64,000 nucleotides of DNA from Giardia intestinalis (GCA_000002435.2 CM018790.1), one strand, 5' to 3'. Positions 38,701 to 48,888 are shown, counted from the first letter of the stretch. Notes: generated from the letters alone by a model not told the origin. A program made the numbers and translations.

Positions 38701-41700
38701 ATCTAATGGTGTCTCTTCTTCACTATCTTCCGGTGTTTATAACAATGCATTCTACTATTCAGTCACGCATACTTCTAATAAGGGAAGTGACTGAGAGCTC
38801 TGTTGTGCTTACAAGTATGGCTCGTGGGCTTTCTCTTTTAGTGCTGATAACACGAACTTTTGAGAGAGACCAGCCATCGAGCCACGACGCTGCTCTTTCT
38901 TATGCACAACGAATTCTCTTTAGTGCATGTGTCTTTCGAAGTAAGCCTCAGTATGACGCATTGCTCCGCGACCAGACGCAGTATGGAAAATTGGTGTCAC
39001 CGTTCCTTCCTTTGGAGCCGGAGCTCAATGCTAATAAGGCTTCAAGGCTGGAAAGGCTGGAAAACATTTCAAAGTTGCAGGAACCGTGGAAGAAAGTATC
39101 TACTACGTCTGCCTATTCCCTTTCATTTCTTCTAGATAGTCGGACCTGTTTTAACAACCCTGTGCCTTCTTTTTACACTAAGCCTTGTACTGACGAAGTA
39201 CCCTCGATCGTTGCCAATGCCGTTTATAAAAGTGCCTACCCAGAGACTCTCTCCGAGCTTACGGGCTTCGTGGAAGCTGCCCTTCTTCACCTAGACGCAG
39301 ACACATCTCTTGGTGCTGCTCTGCAGGCCTCATGGTATAGCCTTCAGCAAATTGAGAAGTCTCTTGCCTTTATATTTGCCGAAACAGAGTGCACTCTGGA
39401 GCACCGATTCTATGAGGCGCTTACACCAGGAGGCCTTCTTTCTCCGATGTCCCAGTCTAAGAGTAGCCCATCAGACGGCGCTAATGCATATGTTCCCCTG
39501 TCACCTCTTAATAGCAAACAAACACCTGTTCTTTCGAGTACTAAATCCCCAGCAACTGTACACACAGATGCTGATCTTCTTTATCTTCAGAGCAGCCTAC
39601 AGAGACTACTGATCATCCTAGGGCGAAAAATGCTGGTCTATATTGCTAGGACCTTAGATAAAGCCGGAGTTCTCCCGGATGTCTCTCGCTCAATTGCCCG
39701 AGTGATATCAGTGTGCCACGCCTTTCATTACGATACTCTAGGCTCGGTACTTACTACTTGTTTCTGTGGCCAAGTGCTACCTACATTAGTCGACACCTCA
39801 TGGTCTTATGGCGAGTTCAAGCAGTTCCAGATCTTCACAAGCATTCAGGACCAAATCAAGGATATGCACTCCACTAACTTTATGTGGAACACCATTGAAG
39901 CAGAGACGCTGGCCAGCATAGAGACCCCTGAACCTGTTGCAAAGATTCTGACCCACTGCTACAAGAACATCTATTATCCCTTCTTTTCCGAAATGTTCTC
40001 TTTAGGGCTACCATATATTCACTTTTCCTACAACCAGTTTCGTCGCTATTCTAAAGCTGGCCGTATAGAAAGCGAAATTGCGCCAGTTCCTCCAGATAAC
40101 TTGGTCTCTATTCGCGAACTTGCCCGTGCACCCGAGGTTCGGTCAGACTCTGTGTCCTCTCACGCTCTGACAAATATGGCTACTAAGCAAGTGCTTCCAC
40201 CATCTTCTCCCACGCAACGAGCTTCTAGTACTTCCACTCCTGTCCCTGGCAGCATTGTTAGAACGATCCCCTCAGCAGCTATTGGGGGCTTTTCTCCACC
40301 TCAAACTCCCGTTTTCCCATCTACGGATAAGTCCTCGCAGCCTGATAAGCAGCGCCAAGATCTATTTAATTCTATTGAGCGCCTGACCACCGAGCAACTC
40401 GTCCCTCCTCTTCTCAAGTATTTTCAGGAAGTGCTGGTTCACTGTCTTATGCGATGTGACAGTGCCACAGTGCAGTTGATAGTGATGTTTATGAAGGAGC
40501 TACTGTTAGACATTCCCTTTTTCACCACAGACGCATTCTTCGGAGGCTGGGACAAGTATACTCATCATACAGCCTTCTTGGTTCGGCCAGTGTTTTATGC
40601 TCTTATCATGACCTTTACCAGAGTAATCTCGCTCTCCTATTCTGCTGATCTACCACAGGCAGTGGGAGCTGCTGCGATAACACAGAGAGCAGAGGCAAGT
40701 GTTTCCGTGGAGGAACGGAAGGTTGACCTCACCTATGGAGAGTCAAGTGATCCGTCAATTCCTGGCTTACAGGCTCAAGACAGTGCGAATCTCCGGGTCG
40801 CTAAAATACAATCTGCGTCCATGGAGCCCAGTAACATCTCCACAATGTCCGGGACACCAAATCTTCAGTTGGGCCGCCTCCCGACCAACATTGCAGCAAC
40901 AAACGCACCAGATAGAGCTATCTCTACAGTTATTGTGCGAACGGTCATCCATCTTATCCTATTTGCGCTTGTCTACGACCGTGACGTCTTAAGTCTCACC
41001 ACCACGTCTCTTGATCATCTAGCTACTGTCTGTCAATGCATTTCTATGATTCCAAAATATTATTCGAGTGACTCGTTGGCCTCCTCGCACTTTCTATCCG
41101 TAGGATCAATGAGCTTTCTGGATCATCACATGGCTAACATATATCAAGCGGCAACGCGGTACGAGATGGACTATATTGTGAAAAGCAGTGAGTTCCACAG
41201 CGCTACAGATAAGATGGCGTGTTTGGTTGGTGTATATCTCAGACAGCTTGAACTTCTTTATTCCCCTTCCCATATTTCAACAAGTCCACAAGTCGATTTG
41301 GCCGCTATAAAATCCCGGCACCAGAGACGGCCGATTAAAGCAAAGATATTTCGTAACCTGTTTGCTAAGAAGCGTTCCGCTAGCTCAACAAAGGGCCTGG
41401 GTCATAATGGGGAACTGGATCTGCTTGAGACGAGTACACTAGCAACCCCCAGTGAGCGCCAGGACAGGTCTCCCATCCGAAAGAGTCTGTTCGATAGCAA
41501 CGCAACGCCTCCGCGAAGCAAGAACGCATTTGTAACGGGCAGAAAGCGTGTCTCCATGCGATCGAAGTCTAAAGGGGGGCAATTGGACAAAATACCAGTG
41601 CAGGAGGCTTCTCAAGACGGAGTGACTGGAGACTATAGCGATATGGATGAGTTTTCTGCCCTGCAGGCATCCCTACTAATCAGCAGTGTTAGGAGCTCGT

Positions 41701-44700
41701 TCCGCAATAGCGGAAGGCTGGGACTATTAGAAGCATCAACAGAAAGCAGTATTCTATTTGATAATCAGTCAGATTCCACCGTATTTCAGCTATATACCAT
41801 AGCTGATTTGGCCACGGATACCTCTGCAAACCAGGCACTTCAAAAGGTAGACGAGCAATGTATCGCTCATCTAGGTCATATTATCCTCGTGCTCGGACTG
41901 TCGTATTTCAAGCGCGTTTTTCACCAATTCCGTATCCTCATTTCCACTATCAAAGGACACGGCGACTACAGGCGCATCATTTCTGGGGGTCCCTTTTATC
42001 CTACTCTTTTAGGTCCTGATAGCTTGCGGCACTCCCCACTCGCTACCAGAGAGCTGGGCAACGTGCAGAATTCCACTGTAATAAAACGAAAGTCGATTGA
42101 TCCGGCAGACAAGTCGTCTGAGCAGGCAAGGCAGAATACCTCCTTCAAGCGCTTAGAAGATGTACCCAACTCGCATACCCTGGTGTGCATGATCGCTAGA
42201 ATGGTGTGGGCGGTGCATCTTACTATTTATAACTTTATTCCTTGCCCCTTATTTACTGATCAACTCAGAATTAAGCTCTTGGATTATGCACGTGACTTCG
42301 TGAGCGGGTATAAGGACTACTTGTATATAGATTCACGGTACTCATCCATTGAGCCGATGTTTGCGTACTTTAACATATATAGGGTTCTATTCCGTTTAGC
42401 AATGGAAAGTAGGGGAGCCCTGCAGAATAAGTCGCTCGCTCCTGCAAAGGACAATAACGATGATCAGCATAAGAAGGCAGTTGAACTCGCAATCGAAGGC
42501 AAAGAAAAACTGTATAAAAAGTCAGTTGAGCTTGTCAGAATGCTGCTTCGAGAAGAGAGCTATCGCATAAATAGGGTTAACAACGTTAGTCTAGTCCAGA
42601 TATCCACTCTTTTCTCAAGTCTAGTCACGAATAAGAACGAGTACGAGACCATGCTCATTGTGATTGATGATATAACTAGAGATAGCAACGCACTGGCTAA
42701 TATATCTGAGAAGCTGCGTCAGATTTTACTGGATCGAAACCATATAAATAACATGGCATTCTGCATCAATCCACATACCGGAAAGCAGTGCTACCAACTG
42801 GATTATCTTTTGAACCTGTACTTTGACCAGGCAGAGCTCTACTTTCAGCAACCAGAGATGCGCTTTGAAGCATTACACGCGTTGTTCCATCTTTTACTGG
42901 AGCATGACAGGCAAATTGAGGCAGCCCACATGGCAATTTTAATGTGCAGCCTCATTTCTGAGTTGACCCACCGAGAGGCCACTATAAGCGACTCCTATGA
43001 CGTGGAACTGCGTTATGCGATCATTCCTGGTCTTCTGATAAGCTCCAAATCGTCGAGGTCTGCCCTTTTGTCGCCAAGGTCTGGCTCACAGGCGCTCTAT
43101 CAAAACATTGTTGATTCTCCGACAATTTCTAGCGTAATTTCGCAAATACCCTATCGGCTGGAGCAAATATGGTTGTTCAGGGAGTGCATCCATGACTTCC
43201 GGCGTATTCTCCCAGGTCTCACGATACAGACGGAAAAAGATGTGATCCAGAGAATGTTTGATCAGAGTGCTTCTCCCTTCTCTCTACACGATTTTTTTGG
43301 ACATCTGGCCACAGCAGGCGAGATCTTTTTAAAGAGCAACTATTTTTGGCAAGCGTCTGTTGTATTCAGTCTGCTACTGCAGCTACATAACAAGTTTGGG
43401 AACATTAACAAAGCAATCGAAGCAGCAGAGCTATACACCAAATCTATCAAGCAATACCTGGCAGGCGAACAAGTGACCAAGTCACGGATGTACCTCGTGT
43501 CATTCCATAACTTCAGTGAAGATGTGGACGTTGAGGAATACATATACTGTAATAACCTCAGTCCAGATGACTTCCGCCTCAATCTGAGAACATTCTATAC
43601 CGCTAAGTACCCTGACGTTATTATTTGCGGCCAGGGCTCGAGACTTGATTCAGACCAAATAAAAGCAAAGACGATACGCATAGCAAATGTGACACCCATC
43701 ACACTCATACCAGGGACAGATTTGACAGAGTCAATCTTGAATCGAATTCAAACATCGCTGCTAGCATACTTTTCCAGGATAATCGGCTCCACGCCAGCAT
43801 CCAACCAACATCACTCGCATGGCCTCAGGAACGTTGCTGTCAATTCTACTGCGAGTGCAATCACCGAAGACTCGCCTCTTAGACCATTGTCGCCTGTTCC
43901 CAGGTTTTCTCAACAAAGACTCGATGCTGCTGGATTTAATGTACATAGATATATTGCTCTAGTTCTTTCGTACGTCTGTGGAGCGACTGGACCCAACTAT
44001 TCCTCCTTAGATCTAAAAGTTAGGCATCCAGACATACAAAAGCAAGGTGCACATCTTTACTCTTTCGTCTTCAAGTACTCGTATGCGGATACACACGAGG
44101 TGGATAGGAGACAAGATGGGAAAACAGCCGTATACGGACAAATAGATCGGTATTGCTTCGTTCCTTACGCATTTCCTTCTTACAAGACTCGTCAGATAGT
44201 AATAGGCTCGTACAGTAACAAGATTCCTCCCATAGTCGCAAGCGCGTTTAGGGTTCTTGAAAAGGCTGCGGCCATCACTCAGCACGTGCAGAATAAGGAT
44301 CCGCTCGGACAGATCCAGCTTACGCTTTCTGGCATGCTTATGGCATTTGTCAACAAAGGACCCGTGCATCTAGCCGAGCTATTCCTGAAGAGAATCGTCC
44401 CAGCCGAGCATAACACTATGCCTAAAGACTTGCACTCCAATCGAACCCAAACCCCTGTCTTGAGTAATGCACTGAGCATAGGCAATCTTAGCATTGCACG
44501 GGTGATATCTCAACGTGCCATCGAGGGAACTCCTCAGGCACAGACTCTACAAGTCTCTATAACCGCGGAAAGTGACACCACGCAGGGGCGCTTCAGTGGA
44601 GCCTTTGGGGCTCTGTATCCCGGTCTCCCAGGAACCACAGTGGGAGCGGGCGCAAGCTATGACACGCTTACACGCTGCAGTATAAGGAATGATGAGCCGT

Positions 44701-45110
44701 CAATGGAGAGTAGAATCAGCCGCGCTTATCGCACAAGTGGATATCTTACATGTCCAGATTTTTCAAGTAATAGGGAGTCTGTGGCAAGCGTTGCCTTCAG
44801 TGACGGCGGGCTTGTGATAGAGTCAAACGCAACCTGTCCTGAGTCTCTCCTGTCTAGCTGGGAAGAGTTCGAACCCTCGGAATACCTGAGTATCAGCTTG
44901 AAGTATATGATGGACCGGATAGTTCTTGGCTTGAGATATTCTACCGAGCTGTGCAAACATGGGATGAATGAGATAACCCTACAAAAAACGCTTATGCAGC
45001 GATGCATCGAGATGATTAACGCCCTTAAATTTTACATTGACGGTTGGGACTACAACCCACTAATTGATCAATGTGTGGCGCTGGCTTCCCTATTAGAAAT
45101 TATTTCCTAG
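35739..45110 (+). CDS. Giant (3123 aa) DOCK-like protein with DHR-1 and DHR-2 motifs
   Basis: DHR-1-like EFKLELPLVITEGMHFFFTIYSV and IGYAYLPLQQFD (nt about 38011..38340). DHR-2-like EEYIYCNNLSPDDFRLNLRTFYTAKYPDVIICGQGSRLDSDQIKAKTIRIANVTPI (nt about 43531..43712), resembling DOCK KEYIYKEPKLT...VKIIQDS.KV...YIQVTYVTPF. Confidence 0.6.
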   Translation: MLPTLFVKVDNAQKWSTTDIKQPIESEVLDVDMVRRVLGRAFDLSKCPPKPTIMHVASSALCRDPVPSSVLTRYEQLSDPPILLRSVIELLTRKSAICVWPRPNPSINCVRFQLSASEMDELIAPQHSNNIHRATDAILSGQPAFLPVRYPSYSSGSLEALGDLSGYSMVPRSLRSPGGSRRPCLHLLIDITNVTYGDTNKQRYEPLWGSLAVYLRRTTDSKLTLHKVSESAHFDFTTKDVLSLMGHESSGRDVTAIAEASRLVELRFPLDCDYNLADLVLVMQLEQLWHNEHQTRHAIYSKIMSQEGKQSSKGAAREAAKMATASIIAASTASVVNTGGEKKTLFDTVGSNGSVVMTELQKKDQNSICSRAANVWKRAGAVRTPVAFGFASLDLSSLLLSPQPILDGVHKPSSDKLMQYILKSHAPILSGDKILITPLSRYNHGPAWHFVLLDQSYEDFLTNSEGFHELLEEHYREWLRKNIPEVHYIHASLTVQFLNLGVFHRSKSILTIFSELFSSTSLNPDMTINQTVARQRYLRKAYNSSVSSSSANDTPYFQGTDGMSYPTELAALLSGAADCSAPITADDLVRLLSTNSEANLARGIMDLEVGATSISQQATTAHGIVYSAELDNFFNKHAFLSPLNTGMFNNRMYLYMSKCYIRRKFTGNLLVRVELRDSDDLSSYTIIQSFYSRYTDNYNPTNAPSSSIFCSSVVQLTGYESSRVAQLGVNTVDLPLLLPSQLTCCAPHTKAAYFGTEFKLELPLVITEGMHFFFTIYSVNALHGDKQDRLVSLDDTILSHASSASGITLGASNFSTSMSTASTIYRSSRQPDSTTKSATTHRAVKNDAFTPIGYAYLPLQQFDSAHNRMYHLSADYLSLRVFETDLSSGYLSASPIGDRTSSHLVVKCTSQSSIFTQNVNVFQVLEQYSLIDQSISRATGSIAGTVASSGSSAYEIELSPLELSKLLTSLNARLQDLLEVLQKGEDPDLMVSLLHYLPVFITMHSTIQSRILLIREVTESSVVLTSMARGLSLLVLITRTFERDQPSSHDAALSYAQRILFSACVFRSKPQYDALLRDQTQYGKLVSPFLPLEPELNANKASRLERLENISKLQEPWKKVSTTSAYSLSFLLDSRTCFNNPVPSFYTKPCTDEVPSIVANAVYKSAYPETLSELTGFVEAALLHLDADTSLGAALQASWYSLQQIEKSLAFIFAETECTLEHRFYEALTPGGLLSPMSQSKSSPSDGANAYVPLSPLNSKQTPVLSSTKSPATVHTDADLLYLQSSLQRLLIILGRKMLVYIARTLDKAGVLPDVSRSIARVISVCHAFHYDTLGSVLTTCFCGQVLPTLVDTSWSYGEFKQFQIFTSIQDQIKDMHSTNFMWNTIEAETLASIETPEPVAKILTHCYKNIYYPFFSEMFSLGLPYIHFSYNQFRRYSKAGRIESEIAPVPPDNLVSIRELARAPEVRSDSVSSHALTNMATKQVLPPSSPTQRASSTSTPVPGSIVRTIPSAAIGGFSPPQTPVFPSTDKSSQPDKQRQDLFNSIERLTTEQLVPPLLKYFQEVLVHCLMRCDSATVQLIVMFMKELLLDIPFFTTDAFFGGWDKYTHHTAFLVRPVFYALIMTFTRVISLSYSADLPQAVGAAAITQRAEASVSVEERKVDLTYGESSDPSIPGLQAQDSANLRVAKIQSASMEPSNISTMSGTPNLQLGRLPTNIAATNAPDRAISTVIVRTVIHLILFALVYDRDVLSLTTTSLDHLATVCQCISMIPKYYSSDSLASSHFLSVGSMSFLDHHMANIYQAATRYEMDYIVKSSEFHSATDKMACLVGVYLRQLELLYSPSHISTSPQVDLAAIKSRHQRRPIKAKIFRNLFAKKRSASSTKGLGHNGELDLLETSTLATPSERQDRSPIRKSLFDSNATPPRSKNAFVTGRKRVSMRSKSKGGQLDKIPVQEASQDGVTGDYSDMDEFSALQASLLISSVRSSFRNSGRLGLLEASTESSILFDNQSDSTVFQLYTIADLATDTSANQALQKVDEQCIAHLGHIILVLGLSYFKRVFHQFRILISTIKGHGDYRRIISGGPFYPTLLGPDSLRHSPLATRELGNVQNSTVIKRKSIDPADKSSEQARQNTSFKRLEDVPNSHTLVCMIARMVWAVHLTIYNFIPCPLFTDQLRIKLLDYARDFVSGYKDYLYIDSRYSSIEPMFAYFNIYRVLFRLAMESRGALQNKSLAPAKDNNDDQHKKAVELAIEGKEKLYKKSVELVRMLLREESYRINRVNNVSLVQISTLFSSLVTNKNEYETMLIVIDDITRDSNALANISEKLRQILLDRNHINNMAFCINPHTGKQCYQLDYLLNLYFDQAELYFQQPEMRFEALHALFHLLLEHDRQIEAAHMAILMCSLISELTHREATISDSYDVELRYAIIPGLLISSKSSRSALLSPRSGSQALYQNIVDSPTISSVISQIPYRLEQIWLFRECIHDFRRILPGLTIQTEKDVIQRMFDQSASPFSLHDFFGHLATAGEIFLKSNYFWQASVVFSLLLQLHNKFGNINKAIEAAELYTKSIKQYLAGEQVTKSRMYLVSFHNFSEDVDVEEYIYCNNLSPDDFRLNLRTFYTAKYPDVIICGQGSRLDSDQIKAKTIRIANVTPITLIPGTDLTESILNRIQTSLLAYFSRIIGSTPASNQHHSHGLRNVAVNSTASAITEDSPLRPLSPVPRFSQQRLDAAGFNVHRYIALVLSYVCGATGPNYSSLDLKVRHPDIQKQGAHLYSFVFKYSYADTHEVDRRQDGKTAVYGQIDRYCFVPYAFPSYKTRQIVIGSYSNKIPPIVASAFRVLEKAAAITQHVQNKDPLGQIQLTLSGMLMAFVNKGPVHLAELFLKRIVPAEHNTMPKDLHSNRTQTPVLSNALSIGNLSIARVISQRAIEGTPQAQTLQVSITAESDTTQGRFSGAFGALYPGLPGTTVGAGASYDTLTRCSIRNDEPSMESRISRAYRTSGYLTCPDFSSNRESVASVAFSDGGLVIESNATCPESLLSSWEEFEPSEYLSISLKYMMDRIVLGLRYSTELCKHGMNEITLQKTLMQRCIEMINALKFYIDGWDYNPLIDQCVALASLLEIIS

Positions 45111-45557
45111 ATGAGTGTGAATCCACTGTTTACTTTGTGGGTGTAAATTTAGGTTATAATCACCAGATCAGCGGCCTAGCCCTTACTGCACCATGTATCA
45201 ATTTAGTACTACGGAAGCCATGGGTCTTCAGCAGTCTTCATCTTATGAGACTACCTTACCATCCTGTAAATATTTGGACATTATCAACTGATGCAAAAGC
45301 CCTATGTGGCCTTGAGTAAAGGACCTTTGGTGTGTAGATGTGTTTACTCGCCATCAGGATGGAAAGTATAGATACGTCAGCATTAGAGTAGGATGCTAGG
45401 ATGATCGAGAAACAGCGTCACTGTGGTGGCAAAAAGTTTGTTCAAGATTGATGGGGAGTATGTTGTAAAGGAGCATATCGTCCACAAGTATTAATATTTC
45501 CAAAATAGTGGTGGAAGATACAATGATTTAAACAAATTAAACAAATTAAAAAAGCAA

Positions 45558-48500
45558 ATGATCTGCTTGACCTGGCTTCTAGTCCTTAGCCTCACTGAAG
45601 AGTGCCAGCGTCGCGATACCACGATAGGCATCTATAGCGAAAGCGATTTTAACAAAATCAGGGACTGTCCTTGCTGCGATTATGCAATAGGTGCAGACAT
45701 CGCCTTTCAGCGCCCCATAGTCCCCATTCCTGTTTTTACCGGTAGCCTCTATGGTCAGAATCACACGCTGAGCAATATACGGTTTGATCTTAGCGGAACG
45801 CCTAATGAGTACGTTAACTGCGGAATATTTGGATTTCTGGACCAGGGGACTGTTGCAGCAGTATCCCTTGTTATCAGTCATACAATGGTTGACAGCAAAA
45901 TCCTGAACTTGGGCACTGTGGCAGGGTATGCCTACAAGCCACGACTATACATGATCAATGTAACTGGAACCATCGAAGGCACCTTTTCCACACCTTCTAG
46001 CTCAAGCGAACACCCTTATCTGGACAAAGGATCCTCCATCGGAGGCATCGTTGGCCTTTTAGAGAATGAAAACGGGGAGCCCATCACCGAGATGAGGGGC
46101 TTTGTTAATGTCTCTCTCAGCAACGTTAACAGTGTATACTATCCTCTTAATATCGGCAGCTTCTTCGGTAGATTCGAAAGCGATACCCCACTGCAGCACT
46201 TCATCATACACTGGTCGTCTACTATGCAGGTCGCTCTTAAGAGTAACACTACGGCATATGTCGGTGGCGCTGTGGGGTACTGTGCTGCAGACGTGGTGCA
46301 CGCCACAATAGGAACTAACCAGACCTCTGGAACTATAACTGGAAAGGGTACTCCAACCCTGTTTCTCGGCGGCGCGTTTGGCTCCGTCGGAGGCCTGTAC
46401 AAAATACTGAGTTGGAACAAGAACACTACCTGTGCTGCTGAAGAGGGAACTTGTGTCTCTGGCGCGATAGCCGGAATGGTCTCCACAAGGAAAGCGGTAT
46501 ATAATTTAACCTTTGGCGGCCCCTCAACCGTTAGTTGTGATGCACTGTCATGCACAACTGGTGGGGTGATAGGCAGTGCAGACGCAGGGAAGTTTGATAC
46601 GATGCTGTTCAACGGATCTGTCAGCTGCAAAGCACGCGATACAGTAACGTGTGGTGGGGTGTTTGGTCATGTCTTTTCATCCCTTGATAGGATCTATTCA
46701 TATGCACAGAGCGTTGTAGCATCTTCAGTTGCTAGCTCTTCAGACATGATCATGGCTGTAGGAGGCCTTGCCGGTATTATTGGAGGAGACTCACTGAACG
46801 GGGAAATGCTCGTTATCAATTCCAGTGTTTCCAATGTAACAACTGTTAGTGGAACCGGTCCTGGCTCTATCTTCATAGGCGGGTTTGCAGGAAAAATAGC
46901 AATGCAAGCAGTGAGACTCATACGGATTTACTCATGTGCAGCATACAGCAATACAGTCAATGCAACAGAGACGTCCTCTAGTTACGCAATTAGCAATCAT
47001 GCTACAGCAGGCGGTTTTGTCGCGTTCTCCAAAATGGCAAAGTACGATTTTTCCTACTCGTACAATAGCCAGAATATATCAGCGGAAAGTAAGCTTTCAT
47101 CTGCTGCTGCCGGCGGCTTTGTCGGAGACGGGCTTGAAACGCACGGAAATCATATGATGATATACAACGCATACATAAATGGCACCAGTGGCGGGCCAGA
47201 ACAGGCATCTGTCCGTGTAGGCGGGTTCGGTGGGGGACTAGAAGGGAATGCCTTGGTTCGCTATACTGGTGCTTTCAGTAAAGCTCTAATTGGAAAGTCG
47301 GTAGCCCAAGCAGCTCTCAATGTAGGAGGGTTTGCTGGGATTCTCCAGGGAGCTCACTCTTACGGCGGGTTTTGCGAGGCCGACATCATTGATGTGACAG
47401 CCACTGGGGATGCTGGTCGCTATTCTGTAGGGGGGTTTGTTGGGACACTGAATGGTGTGACATCATACGTCAACGGAGCGTGGGCAAAAGCCAACATCAA
47501 AGTAACTAATCCTGGTAGTGCAGCTTTCGACTCTAAAAAGGGTATGAGGATTGGTGGCTTTGTAGGGACAATGGAGAGCTCGTCAGTCTTAAACTCAACT
47601 CAGGCTTTTGGATCGATCACGCTGAGCCAAGCCCAATCAGCTAAGGCTGGTGCGATGGTGGGTGCAGCACATACAGCAAACATATCAGCATGCATGAGCA
47701 ATGTAACATTCTCCTCGTCTCCATCACAATCCGATCCCTTCAAGATGGTGGGATACTCGGACGGGACGATCAGCATGGACGATGGCTCGATGAACTTCCA
47801 AATTGTAGAAACAGAAGGACAGGCAAGCGAAACCAACGTGACGTATTTGACCTGGGACAAGGCGAAGAAGAACAGCAGCTATCAAACTACATCAGGTAGC
47901 TATTATCACGGGTTCAATTTAAACAACCCTAGTAGGCGCCAATATCTCATTAAGTACGAGAACGAGTACCCAGGCCTTCAAGTTTTACCCAACCCTTGCT
48001 CGGTAGATAATCCGCGCTGGAGGGAGGGCAACTATTGCATCTTTGTGGAGTTCAACGTCAACATAACACTGTCCAGTGAGTACATGGATGGCAAGCCTTT
48101 CGTTGCAGCGCATGTAGCGCCAGACACGTGCCCGGACTTCTCCGTCTGCCGGGGGCACTACACTAGTCCTCTTACCGTTGACTGCAATCCTGGCTTTGGA
48201 GGGTTGCGCTGTGGAAATTGCACCACCGACTCAGCATGTGCTCATGGAGGTAGCTGTGACAAGTCCTTTGGTTCTTCATATGGATCGTGCAAGTGTGTTC
48301 GGGGTTACAAAGGTGTCGACTGCACATACGAAACCTGCGGGGGGTATAAGAACGATCAATGTAATGGATTGGGCATGTGTACCTATGTCAATGATGGCTT
48401 TTATATCTGTGATTGCCCATCCAAGGAGTACTACATCAAGAATCAGCTCTGTGCCAAGGGGTGCATGGGCCTCACAACCGGCATGTGTGTAGGTCCGCCC

Positions 48501-48824
48501 TCCAACTTAGATAGAAATATACTCTGTCCTCCAGGGCAATCCTATAAAACGTTCTGTGGATCACAATCAGGCGTAAATCAGAGCGGGTATATTGCATCCA
48601 TCAGCATTATGACGATAATCGCCGTAGTTGCGGTCATTCTTCTGGTCCTAGTTGCGCTGGGGAAGGTTTCCTTTACCTGTTGCAAAGCCAACGGAGGCCA
48701 CCAGAGAGATCTGGGAGATTCCATGCCACTGGCAGATCGTGAAATGGTCAACAGCATCCACTCACCACTGGACGCAAGTGTTCGCCGTATCCAAAGCGTT
48801 AGTGGTGGGGTGTCAATCCTCTAA
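45558..48824 (+). CDS. High-cysteine membrane protein (EGF-like / tenascin-like type) whose ectodomain consists of GGFVG periodic repeats (GLUG-like)
   Basis: Signal peptide MICLTWLLVLSL; repeated GGF[VA]G units about every 30 aa (SVGGFVGTLNGVTSYVNGAWAKANIKVTN, RIGGFVGTMESS); C-terminal Cys-rich EGF-like modules (CKCVRGYKGVDCTYETCGG..., CDCPSKEYY); transmembrane segment IMTIIAVVAVILLVLVAL; 60-aa cytoplasmic tail. Confidence 0.7.
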   Translation: MICLTWLLVLSLTEECQRRDTTIGIYSESDFNKIRDCPCCDYAIGADIAFQRPIVPIPVFTGSLYGQNHTLSNIRFDLSGTPNEYVNCGIFGFLDQGTVAAVSLVISHTMVDSKILNLGTVAGYAYKPRLYMINVTGTIEGTFSTPSSSSEHPYLDKGSSIGGIVGLLENENGEPITEMRGFVNVSLSNVNSVYYPLNIGSFFGRFESDTPLQHFIIHWSSTMQVALKSNTTAYVGGAVGYCAADVVHATIGTNQTSGTITGKGTPTLFLGGAFGSVGGLYKILSWNKNTTCAAEEGTCVSGAIAGMVSTRKAVYNLTFGGPSTVSCDALSCTTGGVIGSADAGKFDTMLFNGSVSCKARDTVTCGGVFGHVFSSLDRIYSYAQSVVASSVASSSDMIMAVGGLAGIIGGDSLNGEMLVINSSVSNVTTVSGTGPGSIFIGGFAGKIAMQAVRLIRIYSCAAYSNTVNATETSSSYAISNHATAGGFVAFSKMAKYDFSYSYNSQNISAESKLSSAAAGGFVGDGLETHGNHMMIYNAYINGTSGGPEQASVRVGGFGGGLEGNALVRYTGAFSKALIGKSVAQAALNVGGFAGILQGAHSYGGFCEADIIDVTATGDAGRYSVGGFVGTLNGVTSYVNGAWAKANIKVTNPGSAAFDSKKGMRIGGFVGTMESSSVLNSTQAFGSITLSQAQSAKAGAMVGAAHTANISACMSNVTFSSSPSQSDPFKMVGYSDGTISMDDGSMNFQIVETEGQASETNVTYLTWDKAKKNSSYQTTSGSYYHGFNLNNPSRRQYLIKYENEYPGLQVLPNPCSVDNPRWREGNYCIFVEFNVNITLSSEYMDGKPFVAAHVAPDTCPDFSVCRGHYTSPLTVDCNPGFGGLRCGNCTTDSACAHGGSCDKSFGSSYGSCKCVRGYKGVDCTYETCGGYKNDQCNGLGMCTYVNDGFYICDCPSKEYYIKNQLCAKGCMGLTTGMCVGPPSNLDRNILCPPGQSYKTFCGSQSGVNQSGYIASISIMTIIAVVAVILLVLVALGKVSFTCCKANGGHQRDLGDSMPLADREMVNSIHSPLDASVRRIQSVSGGVSIL

Positions 48825-48888
48825 TTGACCAGCCGTCACTAATCTCATCTTTAGCGGAGAATAGCCGTAAAGATAGGAATAAGTACAT

